From Desulfobulbus propionicus DSM 2032 (GTDB lineage Bacteria; Desulfobacterota; Desulfobulbia; Desulfobulbales; Desulfobulbaceae), in assembly GCF_000186885.1 (NCBI RefSeq), contig NC_014972.1, forward strand, positions 690,001 through 722,000: a stretch of 32,000 nucleotides of DNA, given 5' to 3'. The notes beneath the pieces are model-generated. The model saw only the letters and a program-made list of their open reading frames with translations, ran no database searches and was not told the origin of the DNA. Position numbers and translations under genes: made by a program. Positions 1 through 9,334 of the stretch are shown here, one piece after another (positions within the stretch are counted from its first letter, which is position 1; each line of letters starts with the position of its first letter).

Positions 1-1044
1 CCGGGCGTGACCAGCGCCGGGCCCCGACTGCGCTCCCTCCATCCGGCCTTCACCTTTGAGCAGTTCATGGTCGGCGAATCAAACCTGTTGGCCCGATCCG
101 CCTGCCAGGCACTGGCCACCGGCGACGCCACCTTCGGCAACTGCCTGTTCATGAACAGCACCACCGGGCTGGGCAAGAGCCATCTGACCCAGGCCGTGGT
201 TCACCAGGTGCTGCGCTCCGCCCCGTCCACCCGGTTGCACTATCTCACCGCCCAGCAGTTTTCCGCCGAGATGGTCAAGGGCATCCGCACCAACGCCATG
301 GAGCAGTTCTCCAAAAAATACATCAACGACTGCGACATGCTACTGGTCGAGGACGTCCATACCCTGACCGGCAAGACCAAGACCCAGGAAGAACTCAACA
401 CCATCCTCGACTACCTGATCAAATCCGGCCGTCGGGTCATCCTGACCTCGGCCCTGCCGCCGACCAAGCTGGCGGGCATTGACGACGATTTCCGCAGTCG
501 CATGACCTCGGGCCTGGTCACCGGCATTGAGTCGCCCGATTACGAAACCCGGGCGCGGATCATCCGCCACAAGCTGCAGATGCACGGCCTGGGCGCGGAC
601 GAGGACTTGGTGGGTTTCATGGCCGAGAGTCTGCAGGGCGATGTCCGCCGCATGGAGAGCGCGATCATCGGCATCAAGGCCAAGTCCTGCCTGCTGGGCG
701 CGCCGCCGGATCTGGGCATGGTCCGGGAGGTGGTGTACGGGCTGATCGGCAGCCGGGCGGACATCACCGGCGAGGCGATCCGCGAGCTGATCGGCCGCCA
801 GTTTCGGGTCAGCATCGAGGACCTGTGCTCCCGCTCGCGCAAGCGCTCGATCACCTTTCCCCGCCAGCTGGCCATGTACCTCACCCGCAAGTACACCACC
901 AAGTCGCTGGCCGACATCGGCAGTCTGTACAACCGCGACCATTCGACCGTGCTCTACGCTATCAAGACCATCACCAAGGACATGTCGCAGCAGACCACGG
1001 TGCGGCAGCAGGTGGAACTGCTCTCCGCCAAGCTGAAGAACTAG
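1..1044 (+). CDS. dnaA: Chromosomal replication initiator protein DnaA, 5'-truncated by the window edge
   Basis: Frame is open to the window start. Protein shows FTFEQFMVGESNLLA, GLGKSHL, LLVEDVH, FRSRM and domain IV FPRQLAMYLTRKYT..LADIG..YNRDHSTVLYAI. Domain I is absent, consistent with truncation. Confidence 0.9.
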   Translation, partial: PGVTSAGPRLRSLHPAFTFEQFMVGESNLLARSACQALATGDATFGNCLFMNSTTGLGKSHLTQAVVHQVLRSAPSTRLHYLTAQQFSAEMVKGIRTNAMEQFSKKYINDCDMLLVEDVHTLTGKTKTQEELNTILDYLIKSGRRVILTSALPPTKLAGIDDDFRSRMTSGLVTGIESPDYETRARIIRHKLQMHGLGADEDLVGFMAESLQGDVRRMESAIIGIKAKSCLLGAPPDLGMVREVVYGLIGSRADITGEAIRELIGRQFRVSIEDLCSRSRKRSITFPRQLAMYLTRKYTTKSLADIGSLYNRDHSTVLYAIKTITKDMSQQTTVRQQVELLSAKLKN

Positions 1045-1083
1045 CCCGCCCGCCTCGCGGTCCGGCCAGCTTTCGGGCCGAGG

Positions 1084-2484
1084 TCAGAAGTAGACCCCCT
1101 TGACCTCGGCCCGGTTCGTTGCGGTGACACCGGTCCCGATCCGGTGTGCCATCCGGCACGCCTCCTTGACCATGTCGTTGATCCCGATTCCCTTCCAGCC
1201 AAAACCGCACAGATGGAGATCGGCGTGGGCGGCATGGATCTCGTCCCGCCAGCGGAGCAACTCGGGATAGCCGGCCTCCAGCTGGGGAATGGCGGCCCGG
1301 GGCCGGAGCACGGCGCTGAAGCAGGGCGGCGGCAGCTCCATCAGCTCCTGGAGATCGGCGTGGACCGACTCGATCAGTTGATCATCGCTCAGTTCCAGCC
1401 GCTCGGGATGGCGGCGGCCGCCGACCAGGGCCTCGACGAGCTGACACCCTTGCGGCGCCCGGCCGGGAAACATGTGCGAGGAAAACAGGGCGCCGAGGGC
1501 GAAGCGTTGCTCGCGCTCGGGTGCCAGGTAGCCGAAACCAAAGGGGATGCGGGCGCGCTGGTCATAACCGAGCAACACCGAGAGGATGCGGGCTTCGGGA
1601 ATCTGGGGCAACGGCGGAGGCGTTTCCGGCAGGGCGGGGGCAAGGAGATGCAGGCAAGGATTGACCGGCAGGGCCACCACCAGGTGGCGGCAGGTGATGT
1701 CCGCCTGTTCGGTCTGCACCAGCCAGCCGCCCTCATCGCGCTCGATACCCCGGACCGGGTTGCCGTACAGGATCTCTTTTCCCGCCCGCAGACCGGCCGC
1801 CAGCCGGGTCGGCAGCATGGCCATGCCGCCGCTGAAACTGGTCATGGCCGGCAGGTGTTTCTTGCCTTTTTTCGCTCCCTTACCCTTCCGCATTTTGTGG
1901 ACCACGCCGCGAATCACCGAGCCGTGCATCCGCTCCAGCTCACGCACCCCGGGCATGACCGCGTCGATCTTCAGCCGCTCGAAGTCGCCGGCATAGGTGC
2001 CGGTGAATACCGCATCGGCAAAGGGCAGCAGGGCCTTGCCGAACCGGTGCGCCACCCACTGGGCCACCGACGGCTCCCCCGCCAGCGGCTTTTGCCACAG
2101 ATCGGCCAGCACCCGTAGCTTGGCCCCCCAGGAGACGAGCGGTTCCCGCAGAATGGCCAGCGGTTTTTGCGGGATGCACCGCAGGCGGCCATCCAGGCAC
2201 ACATAGCGGACAAAGCGGCCGAGCGGCGCGCTGGTTATCTCTGCCTCCAGGCCGGCCAGACGGATCAGTTCGCGGCTCTCGTCGCAGTTGTCGAGGAAGC
2301 CGTGTGGTCCCCATTCGGCCAGATAGCCGGCGTCGTTGTAGGTGGCGATGGCGCCACCCGGCACGGCGGCCTGCTCCAGGACCATGATGTTCAACTCAGG
2401 CCATTGCTGGCGGACAAACGCGGCGGTGCTCAGGCCGGAAAGGCCCCCGCCGATGATGCATAAATCGTGTTGGGTCGTCTGCAT
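1084..2484 (-). CDS. hemG: Protoporphyrinogen/coproporphyrinogen oxidase (HemG/HemY type flavoprotein)
   Basis: ORF 1084..2631; likely start is the ATG at 2484 (MQTTQHDLCIIGGGLSGLSTA). FAD-binding GGGLSGLS motif, FSGGMAMLPTRLA, and C-terminal LHLCGFGWKGIGINDMVKEA. Confidence 0.85.
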   Translation of the reverse strand: MQTTQHDLCIIGGGLSGLSTAAFVRQQWPELNIMVLEQAAVPGGAIATYNDAGYLAEWGPHGFLDNCDESRELIRLAGLEAEITSAPLGRFVRYVCLDGRLRCIPQKPLAILREPLVSWGAKLRVLADLWQKPLAGEPSVAQWVAHRFGKALLPFADAVFTGTYAGDFERLKIDAVMPGVRELERMHGSVIRGVVHKMRKGKGAKKGKKHLPAMTSFSGGMAMLPTRLAAGLRAGKEILYGNPVRGIERDEGGWLVQTEQADITCRHLVVALPVNPCLHLLAPALPETPPPLPQIPEARILSVLLGYDQRARIPFGFGYLAPEREQRFALGALFSSHMFPGRAPQGCQLVEALVGGRRHPERLELSDDQLIESVHADLQELMELPPPCFSAVLRPRAAIPQLEAGYPELLRWRDEIHAAHADLHLCGFGWKGIGINDMVKEACRMAHRIGTGVTATNRAEVKGVYF

Positions 2485-2665
2485 GGGGTGCTCGTTGGTG
2501 GGCCGTTTGGCGGCGCGTGGCGGTTGTCTTGACAGGGTTTCAATCGTGCTTACCATGTTGGCCGGATAAAGGGAAGAGGCTTTATCCCCCTGGTATTGTC
2601 GGGAAATTCTCCTTTTTCCGACGCTGAGCACAATCCATCATCCCCCATTTTCGAGGAACAGCCCC

Positions 2666-4558
2666 ATGACAGATGCACAGGTTGAAACCAAGCAGTTTCA
2701 GGCGGAGACCAGAAAGGTCCTGGATATCGTCATCAACTCACTGTACACCGAGCGCGACATCTTTGTCCGCGAGCTGGTTTCCAATGCCGCCGATGCCCTG
2801 GAAAAATTTCGTCACCAGAGCCTGATCGACAAGATCGAATTCGATGCCCACGTGCCGCTGGAAATCACCATCGATTGCGACGATAAAAAACACATCCTGA
2901 CCATCGCCGACACCGGTATCGGCATGACCCGGGAAGAGTTGGAAACCAACCTGGGCACCATCGCCCACTCGGGCTCCAAGCATTTTTTCGAGCAGCTGGC
3001 CGAGGCGGCCAAGAAGGACGTCAATCTCATCGGCCAGTTCGGCGTCGGTTTTTACTCGGTGTTCATGGCTGCCAAGGCGGTACGGGTACAGACCCGTTCC
3101 TGGGACGGCGGCGACGGCTGGGAGTGGGCCTCGGACGGCGGCGGCACCTATACCCTCAGCCCCTGTCCCGGCCTGCATCGAGGCACCAAGATCATCATCG
3201 AGCTCAAGGACGATGCCCACACCTACGCCTCCAAGTTCACCATCGAGCGCATCATCCAGCAGTACTCGACCTTTGTTCCCTTCCCGGTCAAGGTCGAGGG
3301 CAAGACGGTCAACACCGTCCAGGCCATCTGGACCCGGTCCAAGTCCGAGATCACCGACGAGGAGTACACCGAATTCTACAAGTTCATCGGCAATGCCGTG
3401 GATGACCCCATGTATCGCCTTCACTTTTCCGCCGACGCGCCGCTGGCCATCAACGCCCTGGTCTACGTGCCCAAGGAGAACTTCGAGGTGCTGGGCATGG
3501 GCCGGATGCAGCCCGGGGTCAACCTCTACTGCCAGAAGGTGCTGATCGACCAGCACAGCGAGAACATCCTGCCTGAGTGGCTGCGGTTTTTGAAAGGCGT
3601 GGTCGATTCCGAAGACCTGCCGCTCAATATCTCCCGCCAGTCGCTCCAGGACAACGCCCTGGTGCTCAAGCTGCGCAAGGTGCTGACCAAGCGGGTGATC
3701 AAGTTCCTGGCCGAGGAGGCCGAGCGCGATGCCGACAAATACCGCGAGTTCTGGAAGACCTTTGGCATCTTCCTCAAGGAGGGCGTGACCTCGGATTTCG
3801 AGCACCGCACCGAACTGGCCAAGCTGCTGCGCTTCGAGTCCTCGGCCAGCGAGCCGGGCACGATGATCTCGCTCGACGAGTATGTCGGCCGGATGCGGGA
3901 GGGCCAGGACAAGATCTATTATATCAACGGCCCCAGCCGGGCCGCGGTCGAGTACGGCCCCTACGTGGAGATGTTCAAGAAGCGCGGGATTGAGATCTTC
4001 TACACCCTGGAGCCGATCGACGATTTCGTTCTCAACCACCTGGGCGAGTACAACGGCAAAAAACTGGTTTCCGCCGACCGCGCCGACCTGAGCCTGCCCG
4101 AGACCACGCCTGCCGCCAGCGAGGAGGGCGCCAAGGAATCGGGCGAGCCGCTGGCCGAGGCGGTGATGACCTCGCTGTGCCGGTGGATGAAGGAAGTGCT
4201 CGGCGATCGCATCCAGGAGGTCAAGGCCTCCAGCCGCCTGGTGGACAGTCCGGCGATGATCGTCAACGTCGACGGCTACATGACCTCGTCCATGGAACGG
4301 ATTCTCAAGGCCTCCGGCCAGACCGAGGCCTTTGGCATGGGCTCGAAGAAAGACATGGAGATCAATGCCAAGAGTCCGCTGATCAAACAGCTGGCGGGCC
4401 TGCGCGAAAGCGACGGGGATTTTGCCCGCGACGTGGTCGAACAGCTGTACGACAACGCCATGATTCAGGCCGGCCTGCTGGTCGATCCGATGGTGATGGT
4501 GCAGCGCAACTACCGCATTCTCGAGCGGGTGACCGGCAAGACGGCACCGGCGGCGTGA
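2666..4558 (+). CDS. htpG: Molecular chaperone HtpG (Hsp90 family)
   Basis: 630 aa; ELVSNAADALEKFR, DTGIGMTREEL, GQFGVGFYSVFMAA, GVVDSEDLPLNISRQSLQ. Confidence 0.97.
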   Translation: MTDAQVETKQFQAETRKVLDIVINSLYTERDIFVRELVSNAADALEKFRHQSLIDKIEFDAHVPLEITIDCDDKKHILTIADTGIGMTREELETNLGTIAHSGSKHFFEQLAEAAKKDVNLIGQFGVGFYSVFMAAKAVRVQTRSWDGGDGWEWASDGGGTYTLSPCPGLHRGTKIIIELKDDAHTYASKFTIERIIQQYSTFVPFPVKVEGKTVNTVQAIWTRSKSEITDEEYTEFYKFIGNAVDDPMYRLHFSADAPLAINALVYVPKENFEVLGMGRMQPGVNLYCQKVLIDQHSENILPEWLRFLKGVVDSEDLPLNISRQSLQDNALVLKLRKVLTKRVIKFLAEEAERDADKYREFWKTFGIFLKEGVTSDFEHRTELAKLLRFESSASEPGTMISLDEYVGRMREGQDKIYYINGPSRAAVEYGPYVEMFKKRGIEIFYTLEPIDDFVLNHLGEYNGKKLVSADRADLSLPETTPAASEEGAKESGEPLAEAVMTSLCRWMKEVLGDRIQEVKASSRLVDSPAMIVNVDGYMTSSMERILKASGQTEAFGMGSKKDMEINAKSPLIKQLAGLRESDGDFARDVVEQLYDNAMIQAGLLVDPMVMVQRNYRILERVTGKTAPAA

Positions 4559-4666
4559 ACGGTTTTCCGGTACTCAGAGCCCTGCCGGGCGGTCACCGGA
4601 TGCGGCAACGAGGTGTAACCTGTCGGTTCTTGGTTCGATTGCGCCGGCGGGTTCGAGTCTGAGGTT

Positions 4667-4709
4667 GAAAAAAGGTTGTGTTCACGATATATGAACACAA
4701 CCTTTTTTC
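4667..4709 (+). terminator. Intrinsic terminator / long perfect inverted repeat downstream of htpG
   Basis: GAAAAAAGGTTGTGTTCA-CGATATA-TGAACACAACCTTTTTTC: 18-bp perfect stem with a 7-nt loop, A-tract before and T-tract after. Confidence 0.85.
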
Positions 4710-4739
4710 TTTGCACGAATTGTTCCTGGAGGGAATTCG

Positions 4740-5117
4740 ATGCGTCAATCCCTGTTCATCTGTCTCCTTGCGTTTCTTGTGCTTGCCGGTTGTTCCACCA
4801 AGCAGGTGCGTCACCTTGCCTCGGACGCCTCCCTGATCAAGCCGGGGCAGTCCACGGTCAAGGATGTGCAAAAATATCTGGGCGAGCCCGACAGCCGGCG
4901 GGAAGTCTCCCCCGGGGTGAGCGAATTCGTCTACTACGAGGATCGGCCGGGCTTGTTCGGCAACACACCCATTCTCGGCTCCATGACCGGGCCATCCGGC
5001 TACGAGATGATCGTTTTCACCATCGAGCACGACATGGTGACCAGCAGCGAGTTCCGCAATTTCAACGAATCCGACCGCAAGTGGGCGGAAGACTACACCT
5101 GGGAAGAGGTCAAGTGA
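4740..5117 (+). CDS. SmpA/OmlA (BamE)-domain lipoprotein
   Basis: Lipobox signal peptide MRQSLFICLLAFLVLAGCS followed by the BamE-like pattern IKPGQSTVKDVQKYLGEPD; GGAGG upstream. Confidence 0.75.
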   Translation: MRQSLFICLLAFLVLAGCSTKQVRHLASDASLIKPGQSTVKDVQKYLGEPDSRREVSPGVSEFVYYEDRPGLFGNTPILGSMTGPSGYEMIVFTIEHDMVTSSEFRNFNESDRKWAEDYTWEEVK

Positions 5118-5767
5118 GCCCACCCTCGACCTTTGACATCAATCGCGAGCGGATGATCGAGGAGCAGCTGGTTGCCCGGGGGATCACCGATCAGCGGGTG
5201 CTGGAGGCCATGCGCACCGTGCCTCGGCATCTGTTCGTCGAGGACGCCATCCGGGCCCAGGCCTACGGGGATTTCCCCCTGCCCATCGGCAGCGGCCAAA
5301 CCATCTCCCAGCCCTACGTGGTCGCCCTCATGACCCTGGCCCTGCGCCTGACCGGCTCGGAAAAGGTGCTGGAGATCGGCACCGGTTCCGGCTACCACGC
5401 GGCCGTCCTCTCCCGCCTCTGTCAGCGGGTGTACACGGTGGAGCGGATCGACGGCCTGGTCAGCCGGGCGCGCAAGGTGTTTGACCGGCTCCGCTACCAC
5501 AACATCGTCTCGCGCATCGACGACGGCACCGTGGGCTGGCCTTCCGAAGCCCCCTTCGACGCGATCGTCGTCACCGCCGGCGGTCCTCGGGTTCCCGAGC
5601 CTCTGATCGCCCAGCTGGCCGATCCGGGCCGGCTGATCATGCCGGTTGGCGGCCAGGACGTGCAGGAACTGCAATTGGTGGAGAAACACGAGGGCAGTGT
5701 CAGGGTGACCACCATTGAACAGGTGCGTTTCGTCGACCTGATCGGCGCCTACGGCTGGCCCAACTAA
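5114..5767 (+). CDS. pcm: Protein-L-isoaspartate O-methyltransferase
   Basis: RTVPRHLFVED, GSGQTISQPYVVALMTLAL, VLEIGTGSGYHAAVLSRL, DAIVVTAGGPRVPEPL. Start could be GTG 5114 (GTGA overlap with the upstream stop) or ATG 5153. Confidence 0.92.
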   Translation: MSPPSTFDINRERMIEEQLVARGITDQRVLEAMRTVPRHLFVEDAIRAQAYGDFPLPIGSGQTISQPYVVALMTLALRLTGSEKVLEIGTGSGYHAAVLSRLCQRVYTVERIDGLVSRARKVFDRLRYHNIVSRIDDGTVGWPSEAPFDAIVVTAGGPRVPEPLIAQLADPGRLIMPVGGQDVQELQLVEKHEGSVRVTTIEQVRFVDLIGAYGWPN

Positions 5768-5946
5768 ACCGCGATAGCCGTTGTCCGGCCGCGCCGGATG
5801 CGCTCTTGCACCGTTCCGTTCCCTTTCCGGTTCCCCCCTTTGTCCTGATTGTCCCGCGGACATGCCGCGTCCTTGCTTCTTCCGCCCGTGGGCACAACGG
5901 GAACCAGGCGCGGGCTCCTTTTTCTCGCTCAAATCGAAGGGTATCG

Positions 5947-7776
5947 ATGTCATTTCTCAACAGCGATTCACTCCTTGATCTGCTGGTCAAGGAACAGGTG
6001 CTCACCGGCGAGCAGCGCCAGATGGTTATTCTCCACAAAGGCAAACAGCGGCAAAAATTGCTCAAACAAGCGGGCGGCCGCCGCCAGGGCGATGAAAACC
6101 GGACCGACCGGGGCTTTCCCGATCTGGTCGACATCATCCTCTCGCTGGGCCTGGAGGTCAGCGGTTCGCCGGGCACGCCCCTGAGCGAGGAGATCATCAT
6201 GCGCGCCGTCAGCCACCGGTTGAAGATTCCCTTCAAGAAGCTCGACCCGCTGGAGCTGGACATGGACACCGTCACCAAGACGATTCCCCGCTCGTTCGCC
6301 ATCAACCACCTGATCCTGCCCCTGGAGCTGCGCAACGGCGTGCTTGATGTGGTCACCTACCACCCGGACAACCACCACGTGCTCGAGGATATCGAGCGGG
6401 CCAATCAGGTCAAGGTGCGGCCGTTTCTGTCCACCCGCACCGATATCAGGAAGATTCTGGCCGAGTTCTTCGGCTTTCAGCGCTCGATCACCGCCGCCGA
6501 ATCGCAGTTCGGCACCACCGGCACCGCGGCCACGGTGGACATCGGCAACCTGGAGCAGTACGTCCGCCTGGCCTCGACCAAGGAACTGAGCTCCACCGAT
6601 CAGCACATCAAGGCGGCGGTCAACCATCTGTTCAGTTATGCCCTGGAGCAGCGCGCCAGCGACATCCATATCGAACCCAAGCGGGACATCTGCCTGGTGC
6701 GCTTCCGCATCGACGGCATTCTGCATACCATCTACAAGCTGCCCAAGGCGGTCCATTCCGCCATCACCTCTCGGATCAAGAGCCTGGCCCGGCTGGATAT
6801 CGCCGAAAAGCGCCGTCCCCAGGATGGGCGCATCAAGATCGGCCGAAGGGAAGAGGACCGCGAAGCCGAGATCCGCGTGTCCACCGTGCCGGTGGCCTTC
6901 GGCGAGAAGACGGTCATGCGTATCCTCAATCCAGAGGTGATCTTTCAGCAGCTCGACCACCTCGGCTTCTCCCGGCGCGATCGGGTGGTGTACAACAGCT
7001 TCATGACCGCGGCCCACGGCATCGTTCTGGTGACCGGCCCGACCGGCAGCGGCAAGTCGACCACCCTCTATTCGACCCTCAAGCAGATCGCCACCCCGGA
7101 AAAGAACATCATCACCGTCGAGGACCCGGTGGAAATGGTCTACGAGGAGTTCAACCAGATCGCGGTGCAGTCGCAGATCGACGTCACCTTTTCCACCATT
7201 CTGCGCAACATCCTCCGCCAGGACCCGGACATCATCATGATCGGCGAGATTCGCGACCTGGAAACCGCCACCCACGCGGTCCAGGCCGCCCTCACCGGGC
7301 ATCTGGTGTTTTCCACCCTGCACACCAACGATGCGGTGTCCACCATCATCCGTTTGCAGGATCTGGGGCTGGAACCCTTTCTCATCGCCTCGACCATGCT
7401 CGGGGCCCTGGCGCAGCGGTTGGTGCGGCGCATCTGCCCCCACTGCGCCGAACCCTACACCGTTGACGCCGCCGAACTGCGCAAACTGGGCTTCCCGGTG
7501 AGCGGCCGGGAGACGGTGGAGCTGACCCGGGGCAAGGGCTGTCTCCAGTGCCGCAACACCGGCTATCTCGGCCGGATGGGCATCTTCGAGATTTTTCCCA
7601 TGTCCGAGCAGTTGAAAAAACTGATCGCCGCCCGGGCCAACGACTCGGATCTGCGCCAGGTGGCCATCCGCGAAGGCATGACCACCCTGCGCGAGGATGC
7701 CTGGCGCAAGGTGCAGACGGGCCTGACCACCGTGGAGGAGGCCCTGCGGGTGACCGGAGAAATGGAGGCGGTGTGA
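5947..7776 (+). CDS. GspE/PilB-family secretion/pilus assembly ATPase, solitary copy
   Basis: ATG 5947 (MSFLNSDSLL). MshEN-like N-terminus, Walker A GPTGSGKSTT, GEIRDLETA, LVFSTLHTNDA, and CPHC...CLQC zinc motif. Confidence 0.9.
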   Translation: MSFLNSDSLLDLLVKEQVLTGEQRQMVILHKGKQRQKLLKQAGGRRQGDENRTDRGFPDLVDIILSLGLEVSGSPGTPLSEEIIMRAVSHRLKIPFKKLDPLELDMDTVTKTIPRSFAINHLILPLELRNGVLDVVTYHPDNHHVLEDIERANQVKVRPFLSTRTDIRKILAEFFGFQRSITAAESQFGTTGTAATVDIGNLEQYVRLASTKELSSTDQHIKAAVNHLFSYALEQRASDIHIEPKRDICLVRFRIDGILHTIYKLPKAVHSAITSRIKSLARLDIAEKRRPQDGRIKIGRREEDREAEIRVSTVPVAFGEKTVMRILNPEVIFQQLDHLGFSRRDRVVYNSFMTAAHGIVLVTGPTGSGKSTTLYSTLKQIATPEKNIITVEDPVEMVYEEFNQIAVQSQIDVTFSTILRNILRQDPDIIMIGEIRDLETATHAVQAALTGHLVFSTLHTNDAVSTIIRLQDLGLEPFLIASTMLGALAQRLVRRICPHCAEPYTVDAAELRKLGFPVSGRETVELTRGKGCLQCRNTGYLGRMGIFEIFPMSEQLKKLIAARANDSDLRQVAIREGMTTLREDAWRKVQTGLTTVEEALRVTGEMEAV

Positions 7777-7848
7777 TTTTTTCCTGGCATTCCGGCAAAC
7801 ACGACCTATAGTGCCGGCAGAAGCGGCAACCAGGAGCACGAGCAGGCA

Positions 7849-8304
7849 ATGGCACAGAAGATCGTCAGTAAAAATAAAAAGGCCTTTCACGATTACCACA
7901 TCGAGCAGACCTTCGAGGCCGGAATGGTGCTCAGCGGGCCGGAGGTCAAATCGTTGCGCGCCGGCAAGGTCAACCTCCGCGACGGCTACGCCCAGCTCAA
8001 GGACGGCGAGGTCTTTTTGTACAACGTGCATATCTCGCCCTACTCCTACGCCACCCACATCAACCAGGACCCGCTGCGGGTGCGCAAGCTGCTGTTGCAC
8101 CGCCGCGAGATCCGCAAGCTGATCGGTAAGCTGCACGAGAAAGGCATTGCGCTGATCCCACTCAAGATATATTTTATCGCCAATGGCAAAGCCAAGGTGG
8201 AACTGGGCCTCGCCAAAGGAAAAAAACTCTACGACAAACGGGCAGCCCTCAAGGAAAAGCAATCCGACCGCGACATGGAACGCTCCATGCGGCGCGACGA
8301 CTGA
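7849..8304 (+). CDS. smpB: SsrA-binding protein SmpB
   Basis: [38 protein letters not shown]; located directly upstream of ssrA. Confidence 0.97.
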   Translation: MAQKIVSKNKKAFHDYHIEQTFEAGMVLSGPEVKSLRAGKVNLRDGYAQLKDGEVFLYNVHISPYSYATHINQDPLRVRKLLLHRREIRKLIGKLHEKGIALIPLKIYFIANGKAKVELGLAKGKKLYDKRAALKEKQSDRDMERSMRRDD

Positions 8305-8350
8305 TCCAGGCTGGGCGGCCCCATCTATAGAATGTTTTTGTATCCAATAT

Positions 8351-8711
8351 GGGGGCGAAACGGATTCGACGGGGATATTGAAGCTTGATGTTGCATGCCG
8401 AGTTTCTGTCAGCTCGTAAAAATGACGGAATTAAATATAATCGCAGACGATTATAACTACGCTCTGGCAGCCTAAACAGCTGCTGAGCCGTCCCACCGGT
8501 CTTTGCCTGTAAGGCCGGATTCGGGGCGTCGACTCCACAGGCTGGTTGGTTGCGCATGCCCGGGGCGCAACCAACGAGACTTTCCGGGCTGGCATCCGAG
8601 TATCCCTGTTCCGGGTGAGAGACGGATGCGAGAACCAATCCCGGAACTACGCATGTAGAGACACGAGGGGAGAATTTTCGGACGCGGGTTCAACTCCCGC
8701 CGCCTCCACCA
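8351..8711 (+). ncRNA. ssrA: Transfer-messenger RNA (tmRNA), tag peptide ADDYNYALAA
   Basis: 5' GGGGGCGAAACGGATTCGACGGGG, tag ORF GCA GAC GAT TAT AAC TAC GCT CTG GCA GCC TAA at 8443-8475, 3' TTCGGACGCGGGTTCAACTCCCGCCGCCTCCACCA. Confidence 0.98.
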
Positions 8712-8728
8712 TTTTCTTTAAAAAATTA

Positions 8729-8786
8729 ACGGGTTATGACGTAAGGGGCTGCTTCTGCCATCCCCGGTCGTCGCCCGTTTTTTTTT
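8729..8786 (+). terminator. Terminator downstream of ssrA
   Basis: ACGGG...CCCGT basal stem with an inner GGGG/CCCC stem, followed by an uninterrupted run of T. Confidence 0.65.
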
Positions 8787-8972
8787 TGCTGCGGAAGAGA
8801 AACACGATAAATCTACCGGACAAATCACCAGGAGTGATTATCATTAAAAACACAGGAAGAGGGAGGAAACGAACTCAACCATGCTTGACCCTCCAAGAAA
8901 AAAGGCGTTATCTTGAAGGCAAAGGCGAATAAATAAAAATGCCACCAGCTCTGTGGAGCAGGAGGTGTGATA

Positions 8973-9227
8973 ATGTATACCGCCGATCAACTTTGCGAGA
9001 AGATCATATCGATCTATCCGGATATTGGTATTTGTGGCATCGATGTCAGTGTTGACTACAACACAACAGAAAAAAGCTGGATGGTTCATTTGAAGAAGGG
9101 ATCGCATACATTGGACCACTTCTTGGAGGCAATGGATGCGGAGAGCTGCATGGAGGGCAAGAAGTGCATTGCCCTTGGGCTTGAAATCGCGCAAATGAGG
9201 AAGAACATAGAAGGCGAACAGTTTTAA
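8973..9227 (+). CDS. Small hypothetical protein (84 aa from ATG 8973)
   Basis: GGAGG at 8961-8965 spaced before ATG 8973; followed by an intrinsic terminator. No family recognised. Confidence 0.7.
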   Translation: MYTADQLCEKIISIYPDIGICGIDVSVDYNTTEKSWMVHLKKGSHTLDHFLEAMDAESCMEGKKCIALGLEIAQMRKNIEGEQF

Positions 9228-9254
9228 ATCGCCTTTCCCGAGAAGGGAACATGG

Positions 9255-9286
9255 ACGGGATGTCGTTGGGCATCCCGTTTTTTTTT
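9255..9286 (+). terminator. Intrinsic terminator after the small ORF
   Basis: ACGGGATG-TCGTTGGG-CATCCCGT stem-loop followed by T8. Confidence 0.85.
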
Positions 9287-9334
9287 CACCCTTTGCTCGC
9301 TGTCACACTCGTCAAGAGCCTCCATCCCATCCCT

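Noticed and set aside
5968-8262. 764-aa minus-strand ORF antisense to the GspE-like gene and smpB
   Set aside because: High-GC shadow ORF; opposite strand encodes well conserved families across the same span, and the protein shows no recognisable domain.
8351-8711. Possible integration of the accessory block at the ssrA 3' end
   Set aside because: ssrA is intact, but I found no integrase gene and no duplicate of the tmRNA 3' end downstream, so an attachment-site claim is unsupported.
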